A DNA stretch of 64,000 nt, taken from assembly GCA_964057225.1 (NCBI GenBank), contig OZ059895.1, positions 23,064,001 through 23,128,000 on the forward strand, written 5' to 3'. Shown here piece by piece: positions 10,529-25,300 of the stretch. The stretch is from Auanema rhodensis. Its lineage: Eukaryota > Animalia > Nematoda. Position numbers and translations under genes: made by a program. The notes below the pieces were generated by a model, which was given only the letters and a program-made list of their open reading frames with translations, did not search any database and was not told the DNA's origin. Position 1 is the first letter of the stretch; every line of letters begins with the position of its first letter.

Positions 10529-13336
10529 TAATTTTTTCGTTGAATAACAATGTCCATCGTCTTTGCCTTGAAAAAAGGAATCTAAAAACATCTACTTTTT
10601 GCTAAATTATTTCGAAATTTTTCGAAAAAATTTTTGTCAAAATGTTTTTGGAAGCAATGTTGAGTGTACATGGAAACTCAACATACACTAATGCATCATT
10701 TTTCAAACGATCATAACTAATTTTTGTATTAAGCGTTTCTCAATGTAGTATAGTGCATTCGATGCGGATTTTTAAGCTGCATCGATTTGTGTTATCAGAT
10801 TTGCGCTAGCTTAAAAATGCACCGAGATATCAACTGATATAAGTTCACACTTATATCCTCGATTTTCACCCTGAAGAATTAATTTTTTCGTTGAATAACA
10901 ATGTTCATCGTCTTTGCCTTGAAAAAAGGAATCTAAAAACATCTACTTTTTGCTAAATTATTTTGAAATTTTTCGAAAAAATTTTTGTCAAAATGTTTTT
11001 GGAAGCAATGTTGAGTGTACATGGAAACTCAACATACACTAATGCATCATTTTTCAAACGATCATAACTAATTTTTGTATTAAGCGTTTCTCAATGTAGT
11101 ATAGTGCATTCGATGCGGATTTTTAAGCTGCGTCGATCTGTGTTATCAGATTTGCGCTAGCTTAAAAATGCACCGAGATATCAACTGATATAAGTTCACA
11201 CTTAGATCCTCGATTTTCACCCTGAAGAATTAATTTTTTCGTTGAATAACAATGTCCATCGTCTTTGCCTTGAAAAAACAAATCTAAAAACATCTACTTT
11301 TTGCTAAATTATTCTGAAATTTTTCGAAAAAATTTTTGTCAAAATGTTTTTGGAAGCAATGTTGAGTGTACATGGAAACTCAACATACACTAATGCATCA
11401 TTTTTCAAACGATCATAACTAATTTTTGTATTAAGCGTTTCTCAATGTAGTATAGTGCATTCGATGCGGATTTTTAAGCTGCGTCGATCTGTTTTATCAG
11501 ATTTGCGCTAGCTTAAAAATGCACCGAGATATCAACTGATATAAGTTCACACTTATATCCTCGATTTTCACCCTGAAGAATTAATTTTTTCGTTGAATAA
11601 CATCGTCCATCGTCTTTGCCTTGAAAAAAGGAATCTAAAAACATCTACGTTTTGCTAAATTATCTTGAAATTTTTCGAAAAAATTTTTGTCAAAATGTTT
11701 TTGGAAGCAATGTTGAGTGTACATGGAAACTCAACATACACTAATGCATCATTTTTCAAACGATCATAACTAATTTTTGTATTAAGCGTTTCTCAATGTA
11801 GTATAGTGCATTCGATGCGGATTTTTAAGCTGCGTCGATCTGTGTTATCAGATTTGCGCTAGCTTAAAAATGCACCGAGATATCAACTGATATATGTTCA
11901 CACTTATATCCTCGATTTTCACCCTGAAGAATTAATTTTTTCGTTGAATAACAATGTCCATCGTCTTTGCCTTGAAAAAAGGAATCTAAAAACATCTACT
12001 TTTTGCTAAATTATTTCGAAATTTTTCGAAAAAATTTTTGTCAAAATGTTTTTGGAAGCAATGTTGAGTGTACATGGAAACTCAACATACACTAATGCAT
12101 CATTTTTCAAACGATCATAACTAATTTTTGTATTAAGCGTTTCTCAATGTAGTATAGTGCATTCGATGCGGATTTTTAAGCTGCATCGATTTGTGTTATC
12201 AGATTTGCGCTAGCTTAAAAATGCACCGAGATATCAACTGATATAAGTTCACACTTATATCCTCGATTTTCACCCTGAAGAATTAATTTTTTCGTTGAAT
12301 AACAATGTTCATCGTCTTTGCCTTGAAAAAAGGAATCTAAAAACATCTACTTTTTGCTAAATTATTTTGAAATTTTTCGAAAAAATTTTTGTCAAAATGT
12401 TTTTGGAAGCAATGTTGAGTGTACATGGAAACTCAACATACACTAATGCATCATTTTTCAAACGATCATAACTAATTTTTGTATTAAGCGTTTCTCAATG
12501 TAGTATAGTGCATTCGATGCGGATTTTTAAGCTGCGTCGATCTGTGTTATCAGATTTGCGCTAGCTTAAAAATGCACCGAGATATCAACTGATATAAGTT
12601 CACACTTAGATCCTCGATTTTCACCCTGAAGAATTAATTTTTTCGTTGAATAACAATGTCCATCGTCTTTGCCTTGAAAAAACAAATCTAAAAACATCTA
12701 CTTTTTGCTAAATTATTCTGAAATTTTTCGAAAAAATTTTTGTCAAAATGTTTTTGGAAGCAATGTTGAGTGTACATGGAAACTCAACATACACTAATGC
12801 ATCATTTTTCAAACGATCATAACTAATTTTTGTATTAAGCGTTTCTCAATGTAGTATAGTGCATTCGATGCGGATTTTCAAGCTGCGTCGATCTGTTTTA
12901 TCAGATTTGCGCTAGCTTAAAAATGCACCGAGATATCAACTGATATAAGTTCACACTTATATCCTCGATTTTCACCCTGAAGAATTAATTTTTTCGTTGA
13001 ATAACATCGTCCATCGTCTTTGCCTTGAAAAAAGGAATCTAAAAACATCTACGTTTTGCTAAATTATCTTGAAATTTTTCGAAAAAATTTTTGTCAAAAT
13101 GTTTTTGGAAGCAATGTTGAGTGTACATGGAAACTCAACATACACTAATGCATCATTTTTCAAACGATCATAACTAATTTTTGTATTAAGCGTTTCTCAA
13201 TGTAGTATAGTGCATTCGATGCGGATTTTTAAGCTGCGTCGATCTGTGTTATCAGATTTGCGCTAGCTTAAAAATGCACCGAGATATCAACTGATATATG
13301 TTCACACTTATATCCTCGATTTTCACCCTGAAGAAT
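10529..13336. repeat. Tandem duplication of a 4-monomer block (1404 bp x2)
   Basis: ATCGATtTGT at 10787 and 12191; CTTAgATCC near 11205 and 12609; AAAAAAcAAAT near 11279 and 12683. Confidence 0.88.
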
Positions 13337-15792
13337 TAATTTTTTCGTTGAATAACATCGTCCATCGTCTTTGCCTTGAAAAAAGGAATCTAAAAACATC
13401 TACGTTTTGCTAAATTATCTTGAAATTTTTCGAAAAAATTTTTGTCAAAATGTTTTTGGAAGCAATGTTGAGTGTACATGGAAACTCAACATACACTAAT
13501 GCATCATTTTTCAAACGATCATAACTAATTTTTGTATTAAGCGTTTCTCAATGTAGTATAGTGCATTCGATGCGGATTTTTAAGCTGCGTCGATCTGTGT
13601 TATCAGATTTGCGCTAGCTTAAAAATGCACCGAGATATCAACTGATATAAGTTCACACTTAGATCCTCGATTTTCACCCTGAAGAATTAATTTTTTCGTT
13701 GAATAACAATGTCCATCGTCTTTGCCTTGAAAAAACAAATCTAAAAACATCTACTTTTTGCTAAATTATTCTGAAATTTTTCGAAAAAATTTTTGTCAAA
13801 ATGTTTTTGGAAGCAATGTTGAGTGTACATGGAAACTCAACATACACTAATGCATCATTTTTCAAACGATCATAACTAATTTTTGTATTAAGCGTTTCTC
13901 AATGTAGTATAGTGCATTCGATGCGGATTTTTAAGCTGCGTCGATCTGTTTTATCAGATTTGCGCTAGCTTAAAAATGCACCGAGATATCAACTGATATA
14001 AGTTCACACTTATATCCTCGATTTTCACCCTGAAGAATTAATTTTTTCGTTGAATAACATCGTCCATCGTCTTTGCCTTGAAAAAAGGAATCTAAAAACA
14101 TCTACGTTTTGCTAAATTATCTTGAAATTTTTCGAAAAAATTTTTGTCAAAATGTTTTTGGAAGCAATGTTGAGTGTACATGGAAACTCAACATACACTA
14201 ATGCATCATTTTTCAAACGATCATAACTAATTTTTGTATTAAGCGTTTCTCAATGTAGTATAGTGCATTCGATGCGGATTTTTAAGCTGCGTCGATCTGT
14301 GTTATCAGATTTGCGCTAGCTTAAAAATGCACCGAGATATCAACTGATATATGTTCACACTTATATCCTCGATTTTCACCCTGAAGAATTAATTTTTTCG
14401 TTGAATAACAATGTCCATCGTCTTTGCCTTGAAAAAAGGAATCTAAAAACATTTACTTTTTGCTAAATTATTCCGAAATTTTTCGAAAAAATTTTTGTCA
14501 AAATGTTTTTGAAGCAATGTTGAGTGTACATGGAAACTCAACATACACTAATGCATCATTTTTCAAACGATCATAACTAATTTTTGTATTAAGCGTTTCT
14601 CAATGTAGTATAGTGCATTCGATGCGGATTTTTAAGCTGCGTCGATCTGTTTTATCAGATTTGCGCTAGCTTAAAAATGCACCGAGATATCAACTGATAT
14701 AAGTTCACACTTATATCCTCGATTTTCACCCTGAAGAATTAATTTTTTCGTTGAATAACAATGTCCATCGTCTTTGCCTTGAAAAAAGGAATCTAAAAAC
14801 ATCTACTTTTTGCTAAATTATTTTGAAATTTTTCGAAAAAATTTTTGTCAAAATGTTTTTGGAAGCAATGTTGAGTGTACATGGAAACTCAACATACACT
14901 AATGCATCATTTTTCAAACGATCATAACTAATTTTTGTATTAAGCGTTTCTCAATGTAGTATAGTGCATTCGATGCGGATTTTGAAGTTGCATCGATCTG
15001 TGTTATCAGATTTGCGCTAGCTTAAAAATGCACCGAGATATCAACTGATATAAGTTCACACTTATATCCTCGATTTTCACCCTGAAGAATTAATTTTTTC
15101 GTTGAATAACAATGTCCATCGTCTTTGCCTTGAAAAAAGAAATCTAAAAACATCTACTTTTTGCTAAATTATTTTGAAATTTTTCGAAAAAATTTTTGTC
15201 AAAATGTTTTTGGAAGCAATGTTGAGTGTACATGGAAACTCAACATACACTAATGCATCATTTTTCAAACGATCATAACTAATTTTTGTATTAAGCGTTT
15301 CTCAATGTAGTATAGTGCATGCGATGCGGATTTTTAAGCTGCGTCGATCTGTTTTATCAGATTTGCGCTAGCTTAAAAATGCACCGAGATATCAACTGAT
15401 ATAAGTTCACACTTATATCCTCGATTTTCACCCTGAAGAATTAATTTTTTCGTTGAATAACAATGTCCATCGTCTTTGCCTTGAAAAAACAAATCTAAAA
15501 ACATCTATTTTTTGCTAAATTATTCTGAAATTTTTCGAAAAAATTTTTGTCAAAATGTTTTTGGAAGCAATGTTGAGTGTACATGGAAACTCAACATACA
15601 CTAATGCATCATTTTTCAAACGATCATAACTAATTTTTGTATTACGCGTTTCTCAATGTAGTATAGTGCATTCGATGCGGATTTTTAAGCTGCGTCGATC
15701 TGTGTTATCAGATTTGCGCTAGCTTAAAAATGCACCGAGATATCAACTGATATAAGTTCACACTTATATCCTCGATTTTCACCCTGAAGAAT

Positions 15793-18700
15793 TAATTTTT
15801 TCGTTGAATAACATTGTCCATCGTCTTTGCCTTGAAAAAAGGAATCTAAAAACATCTACGTTTTGCTAAATTATCTTGAAATTTTTCGAAAAAATTTTTG
15901 TCAAAATGTTTTTGGAAGCAATGTTGAGTGTACATGGAAACTCAACATACACTAATGCATCATTTTTCAAACGATCATAACTAATTTTTGTATTAAGCGT
16001 TTCTCAATGTAGTATAGTGCATTCGATGCGGATTTTTAAGCTGCGTCGATCTGTGTTATCAGATTTGCGCTAGCTTAAAAATGCACCGAGATATCAACTG
16101 ATATATGTTCACACTTATATCCTCGATTTTCACCCTAAAGAATTACTTTTTTCGTTGAATAACAATGTCCATCGTCTTTGCCTTGAAAAAAGGAATCTAA
16201 AAACATTTACTTTTTGCTAAATTATTCCGAAATTTTTCGAAAAAATTTTTGTCAAAATGTTTTTGGAAGCAATGTTGAGTGTACATGGAAACTCAACATA
16301 CACTAATGCATCATTTTTCAAACGATCATAACTAATTTTTGTATTAAGCGTTTCTCAATGTAGTATAGTGCATTCGATGCGGATTTTTAAGCTGCGTCGA
16401 TCTGTGTTATCAGATTTGCGCTAGCTTAAAAATGCACCGAGATATCAACTGATATATGTTCACACTGATATCCTCGATTTTCACCCTGAAGAATTAATTT
16501 TTTCGTTGAATAACAATGTCCATCGTCTTTGCCTTGAAAAAAGGAATCTAAAAACATCTACTTTTTGCTAAATTATTTTGAAATTTTTTGAAAAAATTTT
16601 TGTCAAAATGTTTTTGGAAGCAATGTTGAGTGTACATGGAAACTCAACATACACTAATGCATCATTTTTCAAACGATCATAACTAATTTTTGTATTAAGC
16701 GTTTCTCAATGTAGTATAGTGCATTCGATGCGGATTTTGAAGTTGCATCGATCTGTGTTATCAGATTTGCGCTAGCTTAAAAATGCACCGAGATATCAAC
16801 TGATATATGTTCACACTTATATCCTCGATTTTCACCCTGAAGAATTAATTTTTTCGTTGAATAACAATGTCCATCGTCTTTGCCTTGAAAAAAGAAATCT
16901 AAAAACATCTACTTTTTGCTAAATTATCTTGAACTTTTTCGAAAAAATTTTTGTCAAAATGTTTTTGGAAGCAATGTTGAGTGTACATGGAAACTCAACA
17001 TACACTAATGCATCATTTTTCAAACGATCATAACTAATTTTTGTATTAAGCGTTTCTCAATGTAGTATAGTGCATTCGATGCGGATTTTTAAGCTGCATC
17101 GATCTGTGTTATCAGATTTGCGCTAGCTTAAAAATGCACCGAGATATCAACTGATATAAGTTCACACTTATATCCTCGATTTTCACCCTGAAGAATTAAT
17201 TTTTTCGTTGAATAACAATGTCCATCGTCTTTGCCTTGAAAAAAGAAATCTAAAAACATCTACTTTTTGCTAAATTATTTTGAAATTTTTCGAAAAAATT
17301 TTTGTCAAAATGTTTTTGGAAGCAATGTTGAGTGTACATGGAAACTCAACATACACTAATGCATCATTTTTCAAACGATCATAACTAATTTTTGTATTAA
17401 GCGTTTCTCAATGTAGTATAGTGCATTCGATGCAGATTTTTAAGCTGCGTCGATCTGTGTTATCAAATTTGCGCTAGCTTAAAAATGCACCGAGATATCA
17501 ACTGATATAAGTTCACACTTATATCCTCGATTTTCACCCTGAAGAATTAATTTTTTCGTTGAATAACATTGTCCATCGTCTTTGCCTTGAAAAAAGGAAT
17601 CTAAAAACATCTACGTTTTGCTAAATTATCTTGAAATTTTTCGAAAAAATTTTTGTCAAAATGTTTTTGGAAGCAATGTTGAGTGTACATGGAAACTCAA
17701 CATACACTAATGCATCATTTTTCAAACGATCATAACTAATTTTTGTATTAAGCGTTTCTCAATGTAGTATAGTGCATTCGATGCGGATTTTTAAGCTGCG
17801 TCGATCTGTGTTATCAGATTTGCGCTAGCTTAAAAATGCACCGAGATATCAACTGATATATGTTCACACTTATATCCTCGATTTTCACCCTAAAGAATTA
17901 CTTTTTTCGTTGAATAACAATGTCCATCGTCTTTGCCTTGAAAAAAGGAATCTAAAAACATTTACTTTTTGCTAAATTATTCCGAAATTTTTCGAAAAAA
18001 TTTTTGTCAAAATGTTTTTGGAAGCAATGTTGAGTGTACATGGAAACTCAACATACACTAATGCATCATTTTTCAAACGATCATAACTAATTTTTGTATT
18101 AAGCGTTTCTCAATGTAGTATAGTGCATTCGATGCGGATTTTTAAGCTGCGTCGATCTGTGTTATCAGATTTGCGCTAGCTTAAAAATGCACCGAGATAT
18201 CAACTGATATATGTTCACACTGATATCCTCGATTTTCACCCTGAAGAATTAATTTTTTCGTTGAATAACAATGTCCATCGTCTTTGCCTTGAAAAAAGGA
18301 ATCTAAAAACATCTACTTTTTGCTAAATTATTTTGAAATTTTTTGAAAAAATTTTTGTCAAAATGTTTTTGGAAGCAATGTTGAGTGTACATGGAAACTC
18401 AACATACACTAATGCATCATTTTTCAAACGATCATAACTAATTTTTGTATTAAGCGTTTCTCAATGTAGTATAGTGCATTCGATGCGGATTTTGAAGTTG
18501 CATCGATCTGTGTTATCAGATTTGCGCTAGCTTAAAAATGCACCGAGATATCAACTGATATATGTTCACACTTATATCCTCGATTTTCACCCTGAAGAAT
18601 TAATTTTTTCGTTGAATAACAATGTCCATCGTCTTTGCCTTGAAAAAAGAAATCTAAAAACATCTACTTTTTGCTAAATTATCTTGAACTTTTTCGAAAA

Positions 18701-19302
18701 AATTTTTGTCAAAATGTTTTTGGAAGCAATGTTGAGTGTACATGGAAACTCAACATACACTAATGCATCATTTTTCAAACGATCATAACTAATTTTTGTA
18801 TTAAGCGTTTCTCAATGTAGTATAGTGCATTCGATGCGGATTTTTAAGCTGCATCGATCTGTGTTATCAGATTTGCGCTAGCTTAAAAATGCACCGAGAT
18901 ATCAACTGATATAAGTTCACACTTATATCCTCGATTTTCACCCTGAAGAATTAATTTTTTCGTTGAATAACAATGTCCATCGTCTTTGCCTTGAAAAAAG
19001 AAATCTAAAAACATCTACTTTTTGCTAAATTATTTTGAAATTTTTCGAAAAAATTTTTGTCAAAATGTTTTTGGAAGCAATGTTGAGTGTACATGGAAAC
19101 TCAACATACACTAATGCATCATTTTTCAAACGATCATAACTAATTTTTGTATTAAGCGTTTCTCAATGTAGTATAGTGCATTCGATGCAGATTTTTAAGC
19201 TGCGTCGATCTGTGTTATCAGATTTGCGCTAGCTTAAAAATGCACCGAGATATCAACTGATATATGTTCACACTTATATCCTCGATTTTCACCCTGAAGA
19301 AT
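15793..19302. repeat. Tandem duplication of a 5-monomer block (1755 bp x2)
   Basis: CCCTaAAGAATTAcT at 16137 and 17892; CACTgATAT near 16467 and 18222; TTTTTtGAAAA at 16589 and 18344. All offsets are 1755 bp. Confidence 0.9.
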
Positions 19303-22300
19303 TAATTTTTTCGTTGAATAACAATGTCCATCGTCTTTGCCTTGAAAAAAGAAATCTAAAAACATCTACTTTTTGCTAAATTATTTTGAACTTTTTCGAA
19401 AAAATTTTTGTCAAAATGTTTTTGGAAGCAATGTTGAGTGTACATGGAAACTCAACATACACTAATGCATCATTTTTCAAACGATCATAACTAATTTTTG
19501 TATTAAGCGTTTCTCAATGTAGTATAGTGCATTCGATGCGGATTTTGAAGTTGCATCGATCTGTGTTATCAGATTTGCGCTAGCTTAAAAATGCACCGAG
19601 ATATCAACTGATATAAGTTCACACTTATATCCTCGATTTTCACCCTGAAGAATTAATTTTTTCGTTGAATAACAATGTCCATCGTCTTTGCCTTGAAAAA
19701 AGAAATCTAAAAACATCTACTTTTTGCTAAATTATTTTGAAATTTTTCGAAAAAATTTTTGTCAAAATGTTTTTGGAAGCAATGTTGAGTGTACATGGAA
19801 ACTCAACATACACTAATGCATCATTTTTCAAACGATCATAACTAATTTTTGTATTAAGCGTTTCTCAATGTAGTATAGTGCATTCGATGCGGATTTTTAA
19901 GCTGCGTCGATCTGTTTTATCAGATTTGCGCTAGCTTAAAAATGCACCGAGATATCAACTGATATAAGTTCACACTTATATCCTCGATTTTCACCCTGAA
20001 GAATTAATTTTTTCGTTGAATAACAATGTCTATCGTCTTTGCCTTGAAAAAAGGAATCTAAAAGCATCTACTTTTTGCTAAATTATTTCGAAATTTTTCG
20101 AAAAAATTTTTGTCAAAATGTTTTTGGAAGCAATGTTGAGTGTACATGGAAACTCAACATACACTAATGCATCATTTTTCAAACGATCATAACTAATTTT
20201 TGTATTAAGCGTTTCTCAATGTAGTATAGTGCATTCGATGCGGATTTTTAAGCTGCATCGATCTGTGTTATCAGATTTGCGCTAGCTTAAAAATGCACCG
20301 AGATATCAACTGATATAAGTTCACACTTATATCCTCGATTTTCACCCTGAAGAATTAATTTTTTCGTTGAATAACAATGTCCATCGTCTTTGCCTTGAAA
20401 AAAGAAATCTAAAAACATCTACTTTTTGCTAAATTATTTTGAAATTTTTCGAAAAAATTTTTGTCAAAATGTTTTTGGAAGCAATGTTGAGTGTACATGG
20501 AAACTCAACATACACTAATGCATCATTTTTCAAACGATCATAACTAATTTTTGTATTAAGCGTTTCTCAATGTAGTATAGTGCATTCGATGCGGATTTTT
20601 AAGCTGCATCGATCTGTGTTATCAGATTTGCGCTAGCTTAAAAATGCACCGAGATATCAACTGATATAAGTTCACACTTATATCCTCGATTTTCACCCTG
20701 AAGAATTAATTTTTTCGTTGAATAACAATGTCCATCGTCTTTGCCTTGAAAAAAGAAATCTAAAAACATCTACTTTTTGCTAAATTATTTTGAAATTTTT
20801 CGAAAAAATTTTTGTCAAAATGTTTTTGGAAGCAATGTTGAGTGTACATGGAAACTCAACATACACTAATGCATCATTTTTCAAACGATCATAACTAATT
20901 TTTGTATTAAGCGTTTCTCAATGTAGTATAGTGCATTCGATGCAGATTTTTAAGCTGCGTCGATCTGTGTTATCAGATTTGCGCTAGCTTAAAAATGCAC
21001 CGAGATATCAACTGATATATGTTCACACTTATATCCTCGATTTTCACCCTGAAGAATTAATTTTTTCGTTGAATAACAATGTCCATCGTCTTTGCCTTAA
21101 AAAAAGAAATCTAAAAACATCTACTTTTTGCTAAATTATTTTGAACTTTTTCGAAAAAATTTTTGTCAAAATGTTTTTGGAAGCAATGTTGAGTGTACAT
21201 GGAAACTCAACATACACTAATGCATCATTTTTCAAACGATCATAACTAATTTTTGTATTAAGCGTTTCTCAATGTAATATAGTGCATTCGATGCGGATTT
21301 TTAAGCTGCGTCGATCTGTTTTATCAGATTTGCGCTAGCTTAAAAATGCACCGAGATATCAACTGATATAAGTTCACACTTATATCCTCGATTTTCACCC
21401 TGAAGAATTAATTTTTTCGTTGAATAACAATGTCTATCGTCTTCGCCTTGAAAAAAGGAATCTAAAAGCATCTACTTTTTGCTAAATTATTTCGAAATTT
21501 TTCGAAAAAATTTTTGTCAAAATGTTTTTGGAAGCAATGTTGAGTGTACATGGAAACTCAACATACACTAATGCATCATTTTTCAAACGATCATAACTAA
21601 TTTTTGTATTAAGCGTTTCTCAATGTAGTATAGTGCATTCGATGCGGATTTTTAAGCTGCATCGATCTGTGTTATCAGATTTGCGCTAGCTTAAAAATGC
21701 ACCGAGATATCAACTGATATAAGTTCACACTTATATCCTCGATTTTCACCCTGAAGAATTAATTTTTTCGTTGAATAACAATGTCCATCGTCTTTGCCTT
21801 GAAAAAAGAAATCTAAAAACATCTACTTTTTGCTAAATTATTTTGAAATTTTTCGAAAAAATTTTTGTCAAAATGTTTTTGGAAGCAATGTTGAGTGTAC
21901 ATGGAAACTCAACATACACTAATGCATCATTTTTCAAACGATCATAACTAATTTTTGTATTAAGCGTTTCTCAATGTAGTATAGTGCATTCGATGCAGAT
22001 TTTTAAGCTGCGTCGATCTGTGTTATCAGATTTGCGCTAGCTTAAAAATGCACCGAGATATCAACTGATATATGTTCACACTTATATCCTCGATTTTCAC
22101 CCTGAAGAATTAATTTTTTCGTTGAATAACAATGTCCATCGTCTTTGCCTTGAAAAAAGAAATCTAAAAACATCTACTTTTTGCTAAATTATTTTGAACT
22201 TTTTCGAAAAAATTTTTGTCAAAATGTTTTTGGAAGCAATGTTGAGTGTACATGGAAACTCAACATACACTAATGCATCATTTTTCAAACGATCATAACT

Positions 22301-25300
22301 AATTTTTGTATTAAGCGTTTTTCAATGTAGTATAGTGCATTCAATGCTGATTTTTAAGCTGCATCGATCTGTGTTATCAGATTTGCGCTAGCTTAAAAAT
22401 GCACCGAGATATCAACTGATATAAGTTCACACTTATATCCTCGATTTTCACCCTGAAGAATTAATTTTTTCGTTGAATAACAATGTCCATCGTCTTTGCC
22501 TTGAAAAAAGAAATCTAAAAACATCTACTTTTTGCTAAATTATTTTGAAATTTTTCGAAAAAATTTTTGTCAAAATGTTTTTGGAAGCAATGTTGAGTGT
22601 ACATGGAAACTCAACATACACTAATGCATCATTTTTCAAACGATCATAACTAATTTTTGTATTAAGCGTTTCTCAATGTAGTATAGTGCATTCGATGCAG
22701 ATTTTTAAGCTGCGTCGATCTGTGTTATCAGATTTGCGCTAGCTTAAAAATGCACCGAGATATCAACTGATATATGTTCACACTTATATCCTCGATTTTC
22801 ACCCTGAAGAATTAATTTTTTCGTTGAATAACAATGTCCATCGTCTTTGCCTTGAAAAAAGAAATCTAAAAACATCTACTTTTTGCTAAATTATTTTGAA
22901 CTTTTTCGAAAAAATTTTTGTCAAAATGTTTTTGGAAGCAATGTTGAGTGTACATGGAAACTCAACATACACTAATGCATCATTTTTCAAACGATCATAA
23001 CTAATTTTTGTATTAAGTGTTTCTTAATGTAGTATAGTGCATTCGATGCGGATTTTTAAGCTGCGTCGATCTGTTTTATCAGATTTGCGCTAGCTTAAAA
23101 ATGCACCGAGATATCAACTGATATAAGTTCACACTTATATCCTCGATTTTCACCCTGAAGAATTAATTTTTTCGTTGAATAACAATGTCTATCGTCTTTG
23201 CCTTGAAAAAAGGAATCTAAAAGCATCTACTTTTTGCTAAATTATTTCGAAATTTTTCGAAAAAATTTTTGTCAAAATGTTTTTGGAAGCAATGTTGAGT
23301 GTACATGGAAACTCAACATACACTAATGCATCATTTTTCAAACGATCATAACTAATTTTTGTATTAAGCGTTTCTCAATGTAGTATAGTGCATTCGATGC
23401 GGATTTTTAAGCTGCATCGATCTGTGTTATCAGATTTGCGCTAGCTTAAAAATGCACCGAGATATCAACTGATATAAGTTCACACTTATATCCTCGATTT
23501 TCACCCTGAAGAATTAATTTTTTCGTTGAATAACAATGTCCATCGTCTTTGCCTTGAAAAAAGAAATCTAAAAACATCTACTTTTTGCTAAATTATTTTG
23601 AAATTTTTCGAAAAAATTTTTGTCAAAATGTTTTTGGAAGCAATGTTGAGTGTACATGGAAACTCAACATACACTAATGCATCATTTTTCAAACGATCAT
23701 AACTAATTTTTGTATTAAGCGTTTCTCAATGTAGTATAGTGCATTCGATGCAGATTTTTAAGCTGCGTCGATCTGTGTTATCAGATTTGCGCTAGCTTAA
23801 AAATGCACCGAGATATCAACTGATATAAGTTCACACTTATATCCTCGATTTTCACCCTGAAGAATTAATTTTTTCGTTGAATAACAATGTCCATCGTCTT
23901 TGCCTTGAAAAAAGAAATCTAAAAACATCTACTTTTTGCTAAATTATTTTGAAATTTTTCGAAAAAATTTTTGTCAAAATGTTTTTGGAAGCAATGTTGA
24001 GTGTACATGGAAACTCAACATACACTAATGCATCATTTTTCAAACGATCATAACTAATTTTTGTATTAAGCGTTTCTCAATGTAGTATAGTGCATTCGAT
24101 GCGGATTTTTAAGCTGCATCGATCTGTGTTATCAGATTTGCGCTAGCTTAAAAATGCACCGAGATATCAACTGATATAAGTTCACACTTATATCCTCGAT
24201 TTTCACCCTGAAGAATTAATTTTTTCGTTGAATAACAATGTCCATCGTCTTTGCCTTGAAAAAAGAAATCTAAAAACATCTACTTTTTGCTAAATTATTT
24301 CGAAATTTTTCGAAAAAATTTTTGTCAAAATGTTTTTGGAAGCAATGTTGAGTGTACATGGAAACTCAACATACACTAATGCATCATTTTTCAAACGATC
24401 ATAACTAATTTTTGTATTAAGCGTTTCTCAATGAAGTATAGTGCATTCGATGCGGATTTTTAAGCTGCATCGATCTATGTTATCAGATTTGCGCTAGCTT
24501 AAAAATGCACCGAGATATCAACTGATATAAGTTCACACTTATATCCTCGATTTTCACCCTGAAGAATTAATTTTTTCGTTGAATAACAATGTCCATCGTC
24601 TTTGCCTTGAAAAAAGAAATCTAAAAACATCTACTTTTTGCTAAATTATTTTGAAATTTTTCGAAAAAATTTTTGTCAAAATGTTTTTGGAAGCAATGTT
24701 GAGTGTACATGGAAACTCAACATACACTAATGCATCATTTTTCAAACGATCATAACTAATTTTTGTATTAAGCGTTTCTCAATGTAGTATAGTGCATTCG
24801 ATGCAGATTTTTAAGCTGCGTCGATCTGTGTTATCAGATTTGCGCTAGCTTAAAAATGCACCGAGATATCAACTGATATATGTTCACACTTATATCCTCG
24901 ATTTTCACCCTGAAGAATTAATTTTTTCGTTGAATAACAATGTCCATCGTCTTTGCCTTGAAAAAAGAAATCTAAAAACATCTACTTTTTGCTAAATTAT
25001 TTTGAACTTTTTCGAAAAAATTTTTGTCAAAATGTTTTTGGAAGCAATGTTGAGTGTACATGGAAACTCAACATACACTAATGCATCATTTTTCAAACGA
25101 TCATAACTAATTTTTGTATTAAGCGTTTCTCAATGTAGTATAGTGCATTCGATGCGGATTTTTAAGCTGCATCGATCTGTGTTATCAGATTTGCGCTAGC
25201 TTAAAAATGCACCGAGATATCAACTGATATAAGTTCACACTTATATCCTCGATTTTCACCCTGAAGAATTAATTTTTTCGTTGAATAACAATGTCCATCG

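Noticed and set aside
14505-14515. Singleton 1-bp deletion (TTTTTGAAGC), and the T5>T4 deletions near 68 and 1120
   Set aside because: These are homopolymer-adjacent indels that could be consensus errors, and they have no interpretable consequence without reads.
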